Assembly (NCBI GenBank): GCA_017557185.1
Contig: JAFZAP010000023.1
Coordinates: 10,526 to 74,525 of the forward strand
Direction: 5' to 3'
From: Prevotella sp.
Lineage (GTDB): Bacteria; Bacteroidota; Bacteroidia; Bacteroidales; Bacteroidaceae
Length of the DNA: 64,000 bases
Shown here: in pieces, positions 49,800 through 59,853 of the stretch
Position numbering within the stretch: position 1 is the first letter of the stretch
How the letters are laid out: each line of letters begins with the position of its first letter
Notes under the pieces: model-generated
What the model was told of the DNA's origin: nothing
Seen by the model: only the letters and a program-made list of their open reading frames with translations
Databases searched by the model: none
Position numbers and translations under genes: made by a program

Positions 49800-50501
49800 A
49801 TGAAAAAGCTACTATTAACCGCTATCCTGTTACTGACAGGTATGGCCGTGCAGGCACAGAATGTGCAGCTGCACTACGATTTCGGTCGATTCATCTATCC
49901 CGATGAAGAAGCTGGACGACAGAAGGTAACCGTGACTCTCGAGCAATTCAAAGCCGACAAGTGGGGTTCGTGGTACTACTTTGTTGACTTTGATCTGAGC
50001 CGCAAGTTCACGGAAGGTGCCTACACTGAGATTTCGCGTGAGTTCAACATCGGCAAGAAGGGCTTTGCAGCACATGTAGAGTACGACGGCGGACTGAACC
50101 GCTTCGGCAGCTTCCAGCAGGCAGGACTCCTTGGTGGCGCATGGAACGGACACAATGCCGACTTCTCTACAACGTATTCCGTGCAGCTTCTCTACAAGCG
50201 TTTCTTCAAGAGCTACCCATACACACGTGCTTACCACAGCGCACAGCTGACAGGTGTTTGGAGCACAACGTTTGCTGAAGGCAAGTGCACGTTCGCTGGC
50301 TTCATCGACTTCTGGCGTGGCGAGAAAGCCAATGGCCACGGGCAGCTCGTAGTGCTCACCGAGCCCCAGCTGTGGTACAACGTGACGCCTCATCTCAGCT
50401 TCGGTTCTGAGGTAGAGATCAGCAGCAATTTCATCTACAACACCTACAACGACAAATCGTTCTTCGTGAACCCAACCATCGGAGCAAAGTGGAACTTCTA
50501 A
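49800..50501 (+). CDS. Outer-membrane beta-barrel, DUF5020/Tsx-like putative nucleoside channel
   Basis: Signal peptide, QNVQLHYD, DKWGSWYYFVD, C-terminal Phe; adjacent to a nucleobase permease. Confidence 0.72.
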   Translation: MKKLLLTAILLLTGMAVQAQNVQLHYDFGRFIYPDEEAGRQKVTVTLEQFKADKWGSWYYFVDFDLSRKFTEGAYTEISREFNIGKKGFAAHVEYDGGLNRFGSFQQAGLLGGAWNGHNADFSTTYSVQLLYKRFFKSYPYTRAYHSAQLTGVWSTTFAEGKCTFAGFIDFWRGEKANGHGQLVVLTEPQLWYNVTPHLSFGSEVEISSNFIYNTYNDKSFFVNPTIGAKWNF

Positions 50502-50515
50502 AACCCCGTCACCCC

Positions 50516-51724
50516 ATGAACAACAACAATCTTTCTACTACCCGCATGACCATCGTGGGCATCCAGTTTCTCTTCGTAGCCTTCGGCTCTACGGTACTGG
50601 TTCCCCTGCTCGTTGGTCTCGACCCCGCCACAGCCCTCTTCACGGCTGGTCTGGGCACATTCATCTTCCACCTTGTCACCAAAGGCAAGGTGCCCATCTT
50701 CCTCGGTTCCAGCTTTGCCTTCATCGCACCTATCATCGCAGCCTCCAAGCAATGGGGAATGCCCGGCACGCTGGCTGGCATCATCGGTGTCTCGCTGGTC
50801 TATTTCATCATGTCGGCACTCATCAAGTGGCAGGGACAGAAACTGCTCAACCGCCTCTTCCCGCCAGTCGTCATCGGTCCGGTTATCATTCTAATCGGAC
50901 TCTCCCTGTCGCCGGCTGCCGTCAATATGGCAAAGGAAAATTGGCTGCTCGCCCTCATCTCGCTGGCCACCGCCATCATCGTGCTCACGGTGGGACGCGG
51001 TTTGTTGAAGCTCGTGCCTGTGGTCTGTGGCATCATCGTGGGTTATATTGTGGCTCTCTGCATGGGACTCGTCGACCTCTCGGCGGTAGGCTCTGCTCCT
51101 TGGTTCGCATTGCCGCCCAGCATCAGCCACTTCCATCTGCCACAGTTCGCCTGGGAACCGTTCCTCTTTATGATTCCCGTGGCCATTGCTCCCGTCATCG
51201 AACACATCGGTGACGTCTATGTGGTGAGCGCTGTGGCTGAAAAGGACTTTGTGAAAGATCCCGGCTTGCACCGCACGATGTTCGGCGACGGTCTCGCCTG
51301 CCTCTTCGCAGCGTTCTTTGCAGGCCCTCCCGTGACCACCTATAGCGAGGTAACGGGTGCCATGCAGATCACGCGCGTCACCAGTCCTATCGTCATCCGC
51401 ATCGCTGCCGGCACAGCCATTGTTTTCTCCGTAATTGGCAAGCTCAGCGCCCTGCTGCAGAGCATTCCCAGCGCCGTGCTTGGAGGAATCATGCTGCTTC
51501 TCTTTGGAAGCATTGCCTCCGTGGGTGTTCAGAACCTCATCAACAACAAAGTTGACCTGAACTCCACCCGCAACATCATCATCGTCAGTGTGACGCTCAC
51601 GCTGGGCATCGGCGGTGCTGTGTTCAACTTCGGGTCGTTTGCCCTCAGCGGCATCGGTCTCTCGGCGCTGACAGGTGTTTTGCTGAACTTAATCTTGCCT
51701 AAGGAAAAAGCAACACAAGAATAA
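50516..51724 (+). CDS. uraA: Uracil/xanthine permease (NCS2/UraA family)
   Basis: FLGSSFAF, EHIGD, TTYSE and VLGG motifs. Confidence 0.9.
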   Translation: MNNNNLSTTRMTIVGIQFLFVAFGSTVLVPLLVGLDPATALFTAGLGTFIFHLVTKGKVPIFLGSSFAFIAPIIAASKQWGMPGTLAGIIGVSLVYFIMSALIKWQGQKLLNRLFPPVVIGPVIILIGLSLSPAAVNMAKENWLLALISLATAIIVLTVGRGLLKLVPVVCGIIVGYIVALCMGLVDLSAVGSAPWFALPPSISHFHLPQFAWEPFLFMIPVAIAPVIEHIGDVYVVSAVAEKDFVKDPGLHRTMFGDGLACLFAAFFAGPPVTTYSEVTGAMQITRVTSPIVIRIAAGTAIVFSVIGKLSALLQSIPSAVLGGIMLLLFGSIASVGVQNLINNKVDLNSTRNIIIVSVTLTLGIGGAVFNFGSFALSGIGLSALTGVLLNLILPKEKATQE

Positions 51725-51752
51725 TTATCAACCCAAAAACAAACTAAACGAC

Positions 51753-52934
51753 ATGAAAGATTTCAAGTATTTCACTCCTACCGAGGTGGTATTCGGTGAA
51801 CACTCCGAGGAAAAGATCGCCCGTATGGTGAAGCGTTACGGTGGCACGAAGGTGCTCGTCCACTATGGCGGCCAGAGTGCCATTCGTTCGGGACTGCTCG
51901 ACAAAGTGTGCAACCTGCTCAAGGAAGAAGGCATCGCCTACGTCACACTCGGCGGTGTTGTTCCCAATCCCCGTCTGTCGAAGGTGCACGAAGGCATTGA
52001 CCTCTGCCGTCGCGAAGGCGTCGACTTCCTTCTCGCCGTTGGTGGCGGCAGCGTCATCGACTCAGTCAAGGCTATCGGCTACGGTGTACCCTACGAGGGT
52101 GATGTGTGGGATTTCTATCTGGGCAAGGCCACTCCACAGACCATGCTCCCACTGGGCACCGTGCTCACCATTCCTGCCGCAGGCAGCGAGATGAGCAACT
52201 CTAGTGTCATCACCAACGAAGACGGCGACGTGAAGCTGGGCTACTCCCATGACCTCTCGCGTCCGAAGTTTGCCATTATGAATCCCTGCCGTACGTTCAC
52301 CCTGCCACCCTATCAGACGGCAGCCGGCGTCACCGATATCATGATGCACACGATGGAGCGCTACTTCTCGCATGACAACGATATGACGCTCACCGACGCA
52401 CTGGCTGAAGCTGTGTTGCAAACGATGAAGGATGCTGTTTTTGCCGTGCTGAAAGACCCCTGCGACTATCGCAATCGTGCACAAATCATGTGGGGCAGCA
52501 GCCTCGCCCACAACGGCCTGACGGGCTGCGGATTGAGCGACGACTGGGCCACCCACGAGCTGGAACACGAGCTCAGCGGTATGTTCGACGTCACTCACGG
52601 TGCAGGCCTCGCCGCTATCTGGCCTAGCTGGGCACGCTATGTGTACCGCGAGGACATCAGTCGGTTCGTGCGCTTCGCTGTCAACGTGATGGACGTGCCC
52701 AACGACTTCGGCGATCCCGAAGGCACAGCCCTGAAAGGCATTGAGGCTATGGAACATTTCTATCACGCCATCGGCATGCCCATCAACATTCATGAGCTTA
52801 TCGGACGCGAAGTTACTGACGAAGAAATCACCGAGATGGTGCGTAAGTGCAGCCGCAACTACACCGCTACGCAGGGTAGCTTCAAAGTGCTGAAGCCTGA
52901 AGATATGGAGAAAATCTATCAGATGGCACGATAG
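51753..52934 (+). CDS. Iron-containing alcohol dehydrogenase (butanol dehydrogenase BdhA/YqhD-like)
   Basis: GGGSVID, AAGSE, HELEH and HGAGL motifs. Confidence 0.92.
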   Translation: MKDFKYFTPTEVVFGEHSEEKIARMVKRYGGTKVLVHYGGQSAIRSGLLDKVCNLLKEEGIAYVTLGGVVPNPRLSKVHEGIDLCRREGVDFLLAVGGGSVIDSVKAIGYGVPYEGDVWDFYLGKATPQTMLPLGTVLTIPAAGSEMSNSSVITNEDGDVKLGYSHDLSRPKFAIMNPCRTFTLPPYQTAAGVTDIMMHTMERYFSHDNDMTLTDALAEAVLQTMKDAVFAVLKDPCDYRNRAQIMWGSSLAHNGLTGCGLSDDWATHELEHELSGMFDVTHGAGLAAIWPSWARYVYREDISRFVRFAVNVMDVPNDFGDPEGTALKGIEAMEHFYHAIGMPINIHELIGREVTDEEITEMVRKCSRNYTATQGSFKVLKPEDMEKIYQMAR

Positions 52935-52946
52935 GAGAGCTAAGGC

Positions 52947-53501
52947 CTATAACTTTCTAACCACACGGCAGGGATTGCCTACGGCGATGCTCCCGTCTTG
53001 AATATCATTGACGACAACCGATCCAGCACCAATGGTGACGTTGTCGCCAATTTTTACACCCGGCAGAATGACTACGCTGCCTCCTATCCACACGTTGTTG
53101 CCGATGGTGACGGGCAGTGCCCATTCGCGCCGCGAGTTGCGCTCTACTGGGTCGGTGCTGTGACAGGCGGTGTAGATACTCACGTTTGGACCGACGAAAC
53201 AGTCGTCGCCAATCGTGACACGAGCCTCATCGAGCACAGTGAAGTTGAAGTTGGCAAAAAAGCGGCGGCCTACGCTGATCTGCTTGCCGTAGTCGCAATA
53301 AAACGGTTGGTTGATAATAATCTGGTCGTCGCCCACGTGCCCAAGCAATTGCCTGAGCATGCGAAGCTTCGCCTCATTGTCGGTCGGTCGCAGCTGGTTA
53401 TATTCGTGGACGACATCCTTCACAGCATTCAGCTCATGCAACAGTTCTTCATCAACGGCCGAATACAATTCGCCAGCCAGCATCTTCTCCTTCTCAGTCA
53501 T
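52947..53501 (-). CDS. maa: Maltose/galactoside O-acetyltransferase
   Basis: EKEKMLAGELY, PFYCDYG, hexapeptide repeats and GNPCR. Confidence 0.9.
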   Translation of the reverse strand: MTEKEKMLAGELYSAVDEELLHELNAVKDVVHEYNQLRPTDNEAKLRMLRQLLGHVGDDQIIINQPFYCDYGKQISVGRRFFANFNFTVLDEARVTIGDDCFVGPNVSIYTACHSTDPVERNSRREWALPVTIGNNVWIGGSVVILPGVKIGDNVTIGAGSVVVNDIQDGSIAVGNPCRVVRKL

Positions 53502-53525
53502 AACGACAATTGTCTATTATCAACA

Positions 53526-54650
53526 TTAACTATTCTTCATCCCAACAATCTTTGTCTTCGGCAGCGTGGCATTGCGGCGGCGCACCACAGTGACCACGCT
53601 CTGTGCCAACGAGAGGAATGCCTGCCCGGAAGCCGTATCGACATTCAGAGCAGTTGGCGTGCCCTGATCGCCGTTTTCGCAAATGCTCTGTACGATAGGA
53701 ATCTGTGCCAACAACGGCACCTGCATCTCCTCAGCCAACTGCTTACAGCCCTCACGGCCAAACAAGTAGTAGCGGTTTTCGGGCAGCTCAGCAGGTGTGA
53801 ACCACGCCATGTTCTCAACGAGTCCGAGAATAGGCACGTTCACCTTCTCATTCCTATACATGTCAATACCCTTACGGGCATCGGCCAGTGCCACCTGCTG
53901 CGGTGTAGAAACAATGATGGCACCCGTGATGGCGAGTGTCTGCAAGAGCGTCAGATGAATGTCGCTCGTTCCCGGCGGCGTGTCGAGAATCAGGTAATCT
54001 AGTGCACCCCAGTCGGCATCGGCGATGAGTTGCTTCAGTGCCCCAGTAGCCATACCGCCACGCCAGAGCGTTGCCGTCTGCGGGTCAACGAAAAAGCCGA
54101 TGCTCAACAACTTCACACCGTATTGCTCGACGGGCACGATTAAATCACGTCCGTCTTTGTTGATGGCGTATGGGCGCACATCTTCCACACCGAACATCTT
54201 GGTCATCGAAGGGCCGAAGATATCGCAATCGAGCAAGCCCACGCGATTGCCCAGCCGAGCCAGAGCGATAGCAAGGTTTGCCGATACCGTCGACTTACCC
54301 ACTCCGCCCTTGCCTGAGCTCACAGCGATGATATTCTCCACCTCTGGCAACAGCTTGTCAACCGAGGGACGTGCAGCCTTCTTGAACTCGGTTTCTATCT
54401 CCACCTCCACATCCTTACCACAGTGATACTTGATGGCAGCCTCAGCAGCCTTCACCGTTGATTTCAAGAACGGGTCAGTGTCACGCTCAAACAGCAGCAC
54501 CACCTTCGTCGACCACACACCGCGCTCGCGGTCGAAACCCACGCTGGGCGTATCGGCCACCATCTCGCTCTCCACCAGGTTCTTCTTCGTACCGGCATAC
54601 GTCACCGTGGCCAGTGCCTCCATCACTTTCTTCGGATAGATTGCTTCCAT
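53526..54650 (-). CDS. mrp: Mrp/NBP35 (ApbC) Fe-S cluster carrier ATPase
   Basis: SGKGGVGKST, WRG, DTPPGTSD and VENM motifs. Confidence 0.93.
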   Translation of the reverse strand: MEAIYPKKVMEALATVTYAGTKKNLVESEMVADTPSVGFDRERGVWSTKVVLLFERDTDPFLKSTVKAAEAAIKYHCGKDVEVEIETEFKKAARPSVDKLLPEVENIIAVSSGKGGVGKSTVSANLAIALARLGNRVGLLDCDIFGPSMTKMFGVEDVRPYAINKDGRDLIVPVEQYGVKLLSIGFFVDPQTATLWRGGMATGALKQLIADADWGALDYLILDTPPGTSDIHLTLLQTLAITGAIIVSTPQQVALADARKGIDMYRNEKVNVPILGLVENMAWFTPAELPENRYYLFGREGCKQLAEEMQVPLLAQIPIVQSICENGDQGTPTALNVDTASGQAFLSLAQSVVTVVRRRNATLPKTKIVGMKNS

Positions 54651-54743
54651 TGTCTCTCTGAATTTGTTTTTCTGATGCAAAAGTACTGCTTTTTTCGCAA
54701 TAAATTCGTAATTTTGCATAGAAATCTGCGCAAAACATCAAAA

Positions 54744-55451
54744 ATGGAACGACACCAACCCAGTTTCTGGACGCGACTCCTCGACCTAATCGCACCTCGT
54801 GCCTGCGTGGCCTGCCAATGCCGACTGGCCGAGAGCGAGCAGTTCGTCTGCACGATATGCCTGCTCCGCATGCCGCGAACCGACTTCGCCCTTCATTCCA
54901 CCGACAACCTCATGGCGCGTATGCTGTGGGGACGGGCCGATATAGAACGGGCGGCAGCACTGTTTCGCTATCAGCCCTCGTCGCCCGTGAGCAAGGCAAT
55001 ACAAGAAATGAAGTACAACAACCAGCCGCAGCTCGGACGTTTTCTGGGACGATTCGCAGCCGAGGAACTCGCACCCACCTATTTTTTAGAGGACATCGAT
55101 GCCCTTTTGCCCATGCCCATCACCCGCCAACGACAGCGGAAGCGCGGCTACAACCAAAGCCAGCTTATCGCCGAGGGTATAAGTGCCGTCACGGGCATTC
55201 CGATCCTCAACAATGTTGTTAAGCGTACACACTTTGCGCAGAGTCAGACCCGCCAGAGCATACTGGAGCGCCAAGTCAATGTGGCGGGAGCCTTCAGCCT
55301 TGTCGATGGCGAAGCCCTGCGCGACAAACACATTCTCCTCATCGATGACGTGATGACCACTGGTGCCACCATGAGTGCCTGTTGCCAGCAGCTGCAGCAA
55401 GCCCCTGGTGTTCGCATCAGCGTCTTCGCCCTTGCCTTCACCCAATACTAA
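54744..55451 (+). CDS. comF: ComF family phosphoribosyltransferase-like protein
   Basis: CxxC...CxxC zinc finger, RGYNQS and LIDDVMTTGAT. Confidence 0.9.
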   Translation: MERHQPSFWTRLLDLIAPRACVACQCRLAESEQFVCTICLLRMPRTDFALHSTDNLMARMLWGRADIERAAALFRYQPSSPVSKAIQEMKYNNQPQLGRFLGRFAAEELAPTYFLEDIDALLPMPITRQRQRKRGYNQSQLIAEGISAVTGIPILNNVVKRTHFAQSQTRQSILERQVNVAGAFSLVDGEALRDKHILLIDDVMTTGATMSACCQQLQQAPGVRISVFALAFTQY

Positions 55452-55549
55452 CGCATCAGCAAGAAGAAATCGGCCTCTCTCTTCTTAAGAAAATGAAAAA
55501 AATGTTTGACGCTGACGTGTAATTCGCTTTTTTTCCCTATTTTTGCAAG

Positions 55550-58099
55550 ATGAAAACAAAAACAAGTTCGATAATCCCATTACTCCTTATATTAATAATG
55601 TGTGCATGCGGCACGGTGCTGCATGCGGCTGATTTTGTGTGGTATGACGGCCACTCGCACGTGGGCTACGTGGCGCAAACGCATTATTCGTCAGTCGTGG
55701 AAACGGCTCTCGAGATGTTCAGCGAAGACATGCGGGCCGTGACGGGACAGCGTGCCAAGGCCGACGGCAAGGGCCGACTAGAGATCATCGAGTTGAGTAC
55801 GCTCACCAACAAGGAATTCAAGAAGCTGCAGAAGCGCAAGCTGCCTTATCAGAAGGTCATCGCGAAGAAGGATGCATTCTATATCGGCGTACACAACGGA
55901 CGGCTAGTGGTGATGGGCGACGAAGGGCGCGGCACTGCTTATGGAATCTTGGAACTGTCGCGCATGGCTGGTGTATCGCCTTGGACCTGGTGGGGCGACG
56001 TGGTGCCTGAGAAGCGGAAGCGACTGCAGGTTGACGACCGTTTCACGACGCTGCAACAGCCATCGGTGGAGTTTCGAGGCATTTTCATCAACGACGAAGA
56101 CTGGAGTCTGCGCCCATGGGCAGGTGGCGACATTGGCCCGAAGGCCTATGAGAAATTGTTCGAACTGTTACTGCGCCTGCGTGCCAATACCATCTGGCCC
56201 GCCATGCACGAAGGCACAACGCCCTTCTTCCAAAAGAAAGGCAACCGCGACTTGGTACGAAAGTTCGGCATCTACGTGGGCTCAAGCCACTGTGAGCCGA
56301 TGCTACGCAACAATGTGGGCGAATGGGACACGAAGCGGATGGGCGACTACAACTTCTTCACCAATCGACAGCGCGTGTTGAACTATTGGCAGGAGCGCGT
56401 CGACGAGACCCGCGACATGGATGCTATCTACACACTGGGCATGCGAGGCATTCATGATGGCGCGATGGAAGGCGCCAAGACGACAGAAGAAAAGGTCAAA
56501 GGACTTAGCGACGTCATTAGCGAACAATACAAGATGCTTAATCCCAGCGCTACTCCCGCCGGAAAAGGAACAAAATCCCCTGCGGGGAGAGGTTTGGAAG
56601 GGGTTCCAGAGGGTAGAGGTGAGGCTCCCACCGTCTTCATCCCTTACAAGGAGGTGCTCGACATCTATGAGAATGGTGTCAAGGTGCCAGATGACGTGAT
56701 GATGATGTGGTGTGACGACAACTACGGCTATCTCACCCGTCTGCCCGACTCCCTTGAACAACAGCGCAAGGGCGGTCACGGCATCTACTATCACCTGTCA
56801 TATTGGGGTCGTCCACACGACTATCTGTGGCTTTCCACCACGCAGCCTGGCCTTCTCTACCACGAAATGTGCACCGCCTACAAACACGGTGCACGCCGCA
56901 TGTGGATTGCCAATGTTCACGATCCAAAGGTTGCAGCCTATCAGCTATCGTTGTTCCTAGATATGGCGTGGGACTTCGGCAAGGTAACAAAGAACGACAA
57001 GCTGGGGATGGGGGTTGGCTCCCACCTCGAATCATGGCTGAAGCAACAGTTCGGCAAGGACTGCGGGCATAAGCTACTGCCCGTGATGCAGATGTTCTAT
57101 GAACTGACAACGGTTCGCAAGCCGGAGTTCATGGGATGGAGTCAGGTGGAACTCGACAGGAAGAAATACAAGGGAGGTCTGTCGCCTGCTGGCGATACGG
57201 AATTCAACGCTTTGGCATTCGGCAACGAACTGGAGCGCTATCTGGGTGAGTATCAGGAGTTGCGGCAGCGTGTGGAAGCCATCGAGCGCAACATCCGTCC
57301 GGAACTCAAGGATGCCTACTTCGCCGCAGTGAAATATCCCGTCTATGTCGCTGCGGCTATGGCAACGAAGCACCTGGAGGCACAGGAGTCACGACATATC
57401 GCCCGCAAGGAGTCTTTCCACAACGACAGCGAGGCACTAGGCTCGGCGGCACGTAGCATCAAGGCCCTGCGCGAAATCAAACAGCTCACCGATTATTATA
57501 ACAATCAGCTGGCCAACGGAAAATGGAAAGGGCTGATGTCAATGGATCCTCGTTCGCTACCGGTGTTCGACATGCCTGCCCTACCCGATAAGCTCAGCGA
57601 GGAAGAAATCCACAAGTACAGCCAGCCAGAGGAATACGAGACGCAACCTCAGCTCGACGCCAACGTCATTGCCCGCAATGCAGCCGACTACACCTCTGCC
57701 AGCGAAGACGTTGAGATAGTACCCATGCTTGGCCACTCGATGAAAGCGGTGTCGCTGCCAAAAGGTGATAAGCTCACTTATAAATTCAACACGGTAAAGC
57801 GCGGACAGGCCGTATTACACGTAGCGGTGATTCCCACACAAGCCAGCAATCATGGCGATATCCGCTTCACCGTGAGCCTTGATGGCAGTGAACCCAAAGT
57901 ATTCTCCCTCTCTGAACCCTTCCGCTCGGAACGTTGGAAGACACAGGTGCTGCGCGGACAGGCCGTCCGAGAGCTGTCTCTTTATGTCGGCATGGGCACC
58001 CACACCCTCACCATTGAAGCCCTCGACGACCACATCATCGTTGACCAGTGGCTCTTAGATTTCAATCCCAAGCGCCAGTTCTATAGGTTCCCATTGTAA
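55550..58099 (+). CDS. GH115 family glycoside hydrolase (second paralog)
   Basis: FRGIFINDEDW, LLRLRANTIWPAMH, SHCEPM, GMRGIHD, DDNYG and YHLSYWG motifs. Confidence 0.92.
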   Translation: MKTKTSSIIPLLLILIMCACGTVLHAADFVWYDGHSHVGYVAQTHYSSVVETALEMFSEDMRAVTGQRAKADGKGRLEIIELSTLTNKEFKKLQKRKLPYQKVIAKKDAFYIGVHNGRLVVMGDEGRGTAYGILELSRMAGVSPWTWWGDVVPEKRKRLQVDDRFTTLQQPSVEFRGIFINDEDWSLRPWAGGDIGPKAYEKLFELLLRLRANTIWPAMHEGTTPFFQKKGNRDLVRKFGIYVGSSHCEPMLRNNVGEWDTKRMGDYNFFTNRQRVLNYWQERVDETRDMDAIYTLGMRGIHDGAMEGAKTTEEKVKGLSDVISEQYKMLNPSATPAGKGTKSPAGRGLEGVPEGRGEAPTVFIPYKEVLDIYENGVKVPDDVMMMWCDDNYGYLTRLPDSLEQQRKGGHGIYYHLSYWGRPHDYLWLSTTQPGLLYHEMCTAYKHGARRMWIANVHDPKVAAYQLSLFLDMAWDFGKVTKNDKLGMGVGSHLESWLKQQFGKDCGHKLLPVMQMFYELTTVRKPEFMGWSQVELDRKKYKGGLSPAGDTEFNALAFGNELERYLGEYQELRQRVEAIERNIRPELKDAYFAAVKYPVYVAAAMATKHLEAQESRHIARKESFHNDSEALGSAARSIKALREIKQLTDYYNNQLANGKWKGLMSMDPRSLPVFDMPALPDKLSEEEIHKYSQPEEYETQPQLDANVIARNAADYTSASEDVEIVPMLGHSMKAVSLPKGDKLTYKFNTVKRGQAVLHVAVIPTQASNHGDIRFTVSLDGSEPKVFSLSEPFRSERWKTQVLRGQAVRELSLYVGMGTHTLTIEALDDHIIVDQWLLDFNPKRQFYRFPL

Positions 58100-58102
58100 A
58101 CC

Positions 58103-58128
58103 GTAGGGGCAGACCCCCGTGTCTGCCC
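58103..58128 (+). repeat. GTAG-type REP, left of the RAYT gene
   Basis: GTAG-GGGCAGAC-CCCCGT-GTCTGCCC. Confidence 0.9.
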
Positions 58129-58166
58129 GAGAGAGGATAACGCAATTTGACCGAGATTAATTCAAC

Positions 58167-58697
58167 ATGACGGAACTGCCAGAAAGGAAAAGACTCAGAT
58201 GGCGTGAGTTTGACTATTCTACTGCTGCCAACTACTTTATAACATTGGTTGTCAATGACAGACAATGCTTGTTGGGTGATGTGAAGAATGGCGTATTAGT
58301 TCATTCTGAAGCAGGAAGAATGGGTGAACAGGTTTTGCTATCTGTTTCAGACAGATTCCCCAACGTGTTTGTTGTTCAGAAAGTAGTCATGCCTAATCAT
58401 GAGCATCTTATTCTGCAAAATAGGGGGAATGTGAATATCACAGATGTGATGAGGTGGCTGAAAAGTGTTACAACCAATAGGTATATTCATGGTGTTAGCG
58501 AAAAGGGATGGATTCCTTTTCAAAGAAGGTTGTGGAAGAGGAGTTATTATGATCACGTCATTAGGAACCAAAGGGCATACGACTACGTTCTAAATTATAT
58601 TTACAAGAACCCAGAACGTTGGAAAAAGGATTTACTGAATGCCGATAGTGTGGATAATCCTGATGATATTGGTGACGTCATCAAGAAAATGATGTGA
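58167..58697 (+). mobile_element. REP-associated tyrosine transposase (RAYT, Y1/HUH family)
   Basis: RKRLR..FDYS, YFIT, VVMPNHEH, WKRSYYDHVIRN and YIYKNP motifs; AT-rich; flanked by inverted REPs. Confidence 0.9.
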
Positions 58698-58719
58698 GAT
58701 GTTTTTCCTAATCATATTT

Positions 58720-58745
58720 GGGCAGACACGGGGGTCTACCCCTAC
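58720..58745 (-). repeat. GTAG-type REP, right of the RAYT gene (inverted)
   Basis: gggcagacacgggggtctacccctac is the reverse complement of the left REP with one mismatch. Confidence 0.9.
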
Positions 58746-59635
58746 TATCTGGCCCTATCCTTACTACTCCGCTTCGGCCGATGGTAACTGCGGTAGTCAT
58801 CGAGCTCTATTTCCACATCTGGCTCCCTCAATTCTCCTTTCGTCTCCCTTCCCTTCAGGGCGACTGGGGTCTTTAGAGCAGCCACCGGCGTGGCTGTGGC
58901 CCCACTAAGGGGAGCGAATCCCGATTCGCGACGGAGGGCAAGGTTGGGGGTAGGCTCGGCTTGCGGCAGGCGGAACTTCATGTACTTTATATTCAAACCG
59001 CGCTCTATCCACATCTGCTCATAATAAGTCTGGATAGATAGAATACGACGCGTCTCATCGTCGATGTTGCTATCATGATAGAGATCGGTGGTGGCAAAGA
59101 GCATAGGCAGACGGTTCTCTTTTGCCATGTAGTCGGTATAGGTGAACAGGAAATTCGAATCAGTCTTCACGTGAATGATACCGCCATCGATGAGAAAACG
59201 GCGATAGCGTTCCAAGAAGTAGGTGCTCGTCAATCGTTTTCGGGGATTCTTCATCTGCGGATCGCTGAAAGTCAGCCAGATCTCGCTCACCTCATCAGGT
59301 CCGAAGAAGCGGTCGATGATTTCGATGTTCGTGCGCAGGAATGCCACATTCCGCAACCCTTCCTGCAATGCCATCTTCGCACCCGTCCACATACGGGCAC
59401 CCTTGATGTCGACACCGATGAAGTTCATGTCCGGATAGAGCCGAGCCAGCTCGACTGTATATTCACCCTTACCGCAACCTAGTTCCAGTACAATAGGATT
59501 CTGGTTTTTGAAATACTCCTCGTGCCAACGGCCCGTCATCTCAAACGGCCGCTCCTCAATCACGCTGAACGGATACTGGAACACGTTCTCAAACATCTCC
59601 ATCTCCGCAAACTTCTGCAACTTTCCTTTTCCCAT
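58745..59635 (-). CDS. trmB: tRNA (guanine-N7)-methyltransferase with ~40-aa C-terminal insertion
   Basis: [20 protein letters not shown] and TYYE motifs. Confidence 0.94.
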   Translation of the reverse strand: MGKGKLQKFAEMEMFENVFQYPFSVIEERPFEMTGRWHEEYFKNQNPIVLELGCGKGEYTVELARLYPDMNFIGVDIKGARMWTGAKMALQEGLRNVAFLRTNIEIIDRFFGPDEVSEIWLTFSDPQMKNPRKRLTSTYFLERYRRFLIDGGIIHVKTDSNFLFTYTDYMAKENRLPMLFATTDLYHDSNIDDETRRILSIQTYYEQMWIERGLNIKYMKFRLPQAEPTPNLALRRESGFAPLSGATATPVAALKTPVALKGRETKGELREPDVEIELDDYRSYHRPKRSSKDRAR

Positions 59636-59853
59636 ACATTCTATTTTGCTTGCAAAATTAGAGAAAAAAAATGAATTACGCCCCACTCTGTTCCGAAAAA
59701 AGCATCCTTTGACCTATTCTTCGTTCATCACAAAATAGTGCAGCCCCAATGATGGAGCTGCACCATTCTATATTTTACCTCACGGGTTATGCCTATCAGG
59801 TGTTGCCAACAAGTGACAGGTATCATTTAACAAATTGCCTTTTTGTGTGTCAA

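Noticed and set aside
58167-58697. RAYT as the demonstrated mobiliser of the CCCCTCCC element
   Set aside because: Its flanking REPs have a different sequence and a GTAG foot not consistently seen in that element; the link is unsupported.
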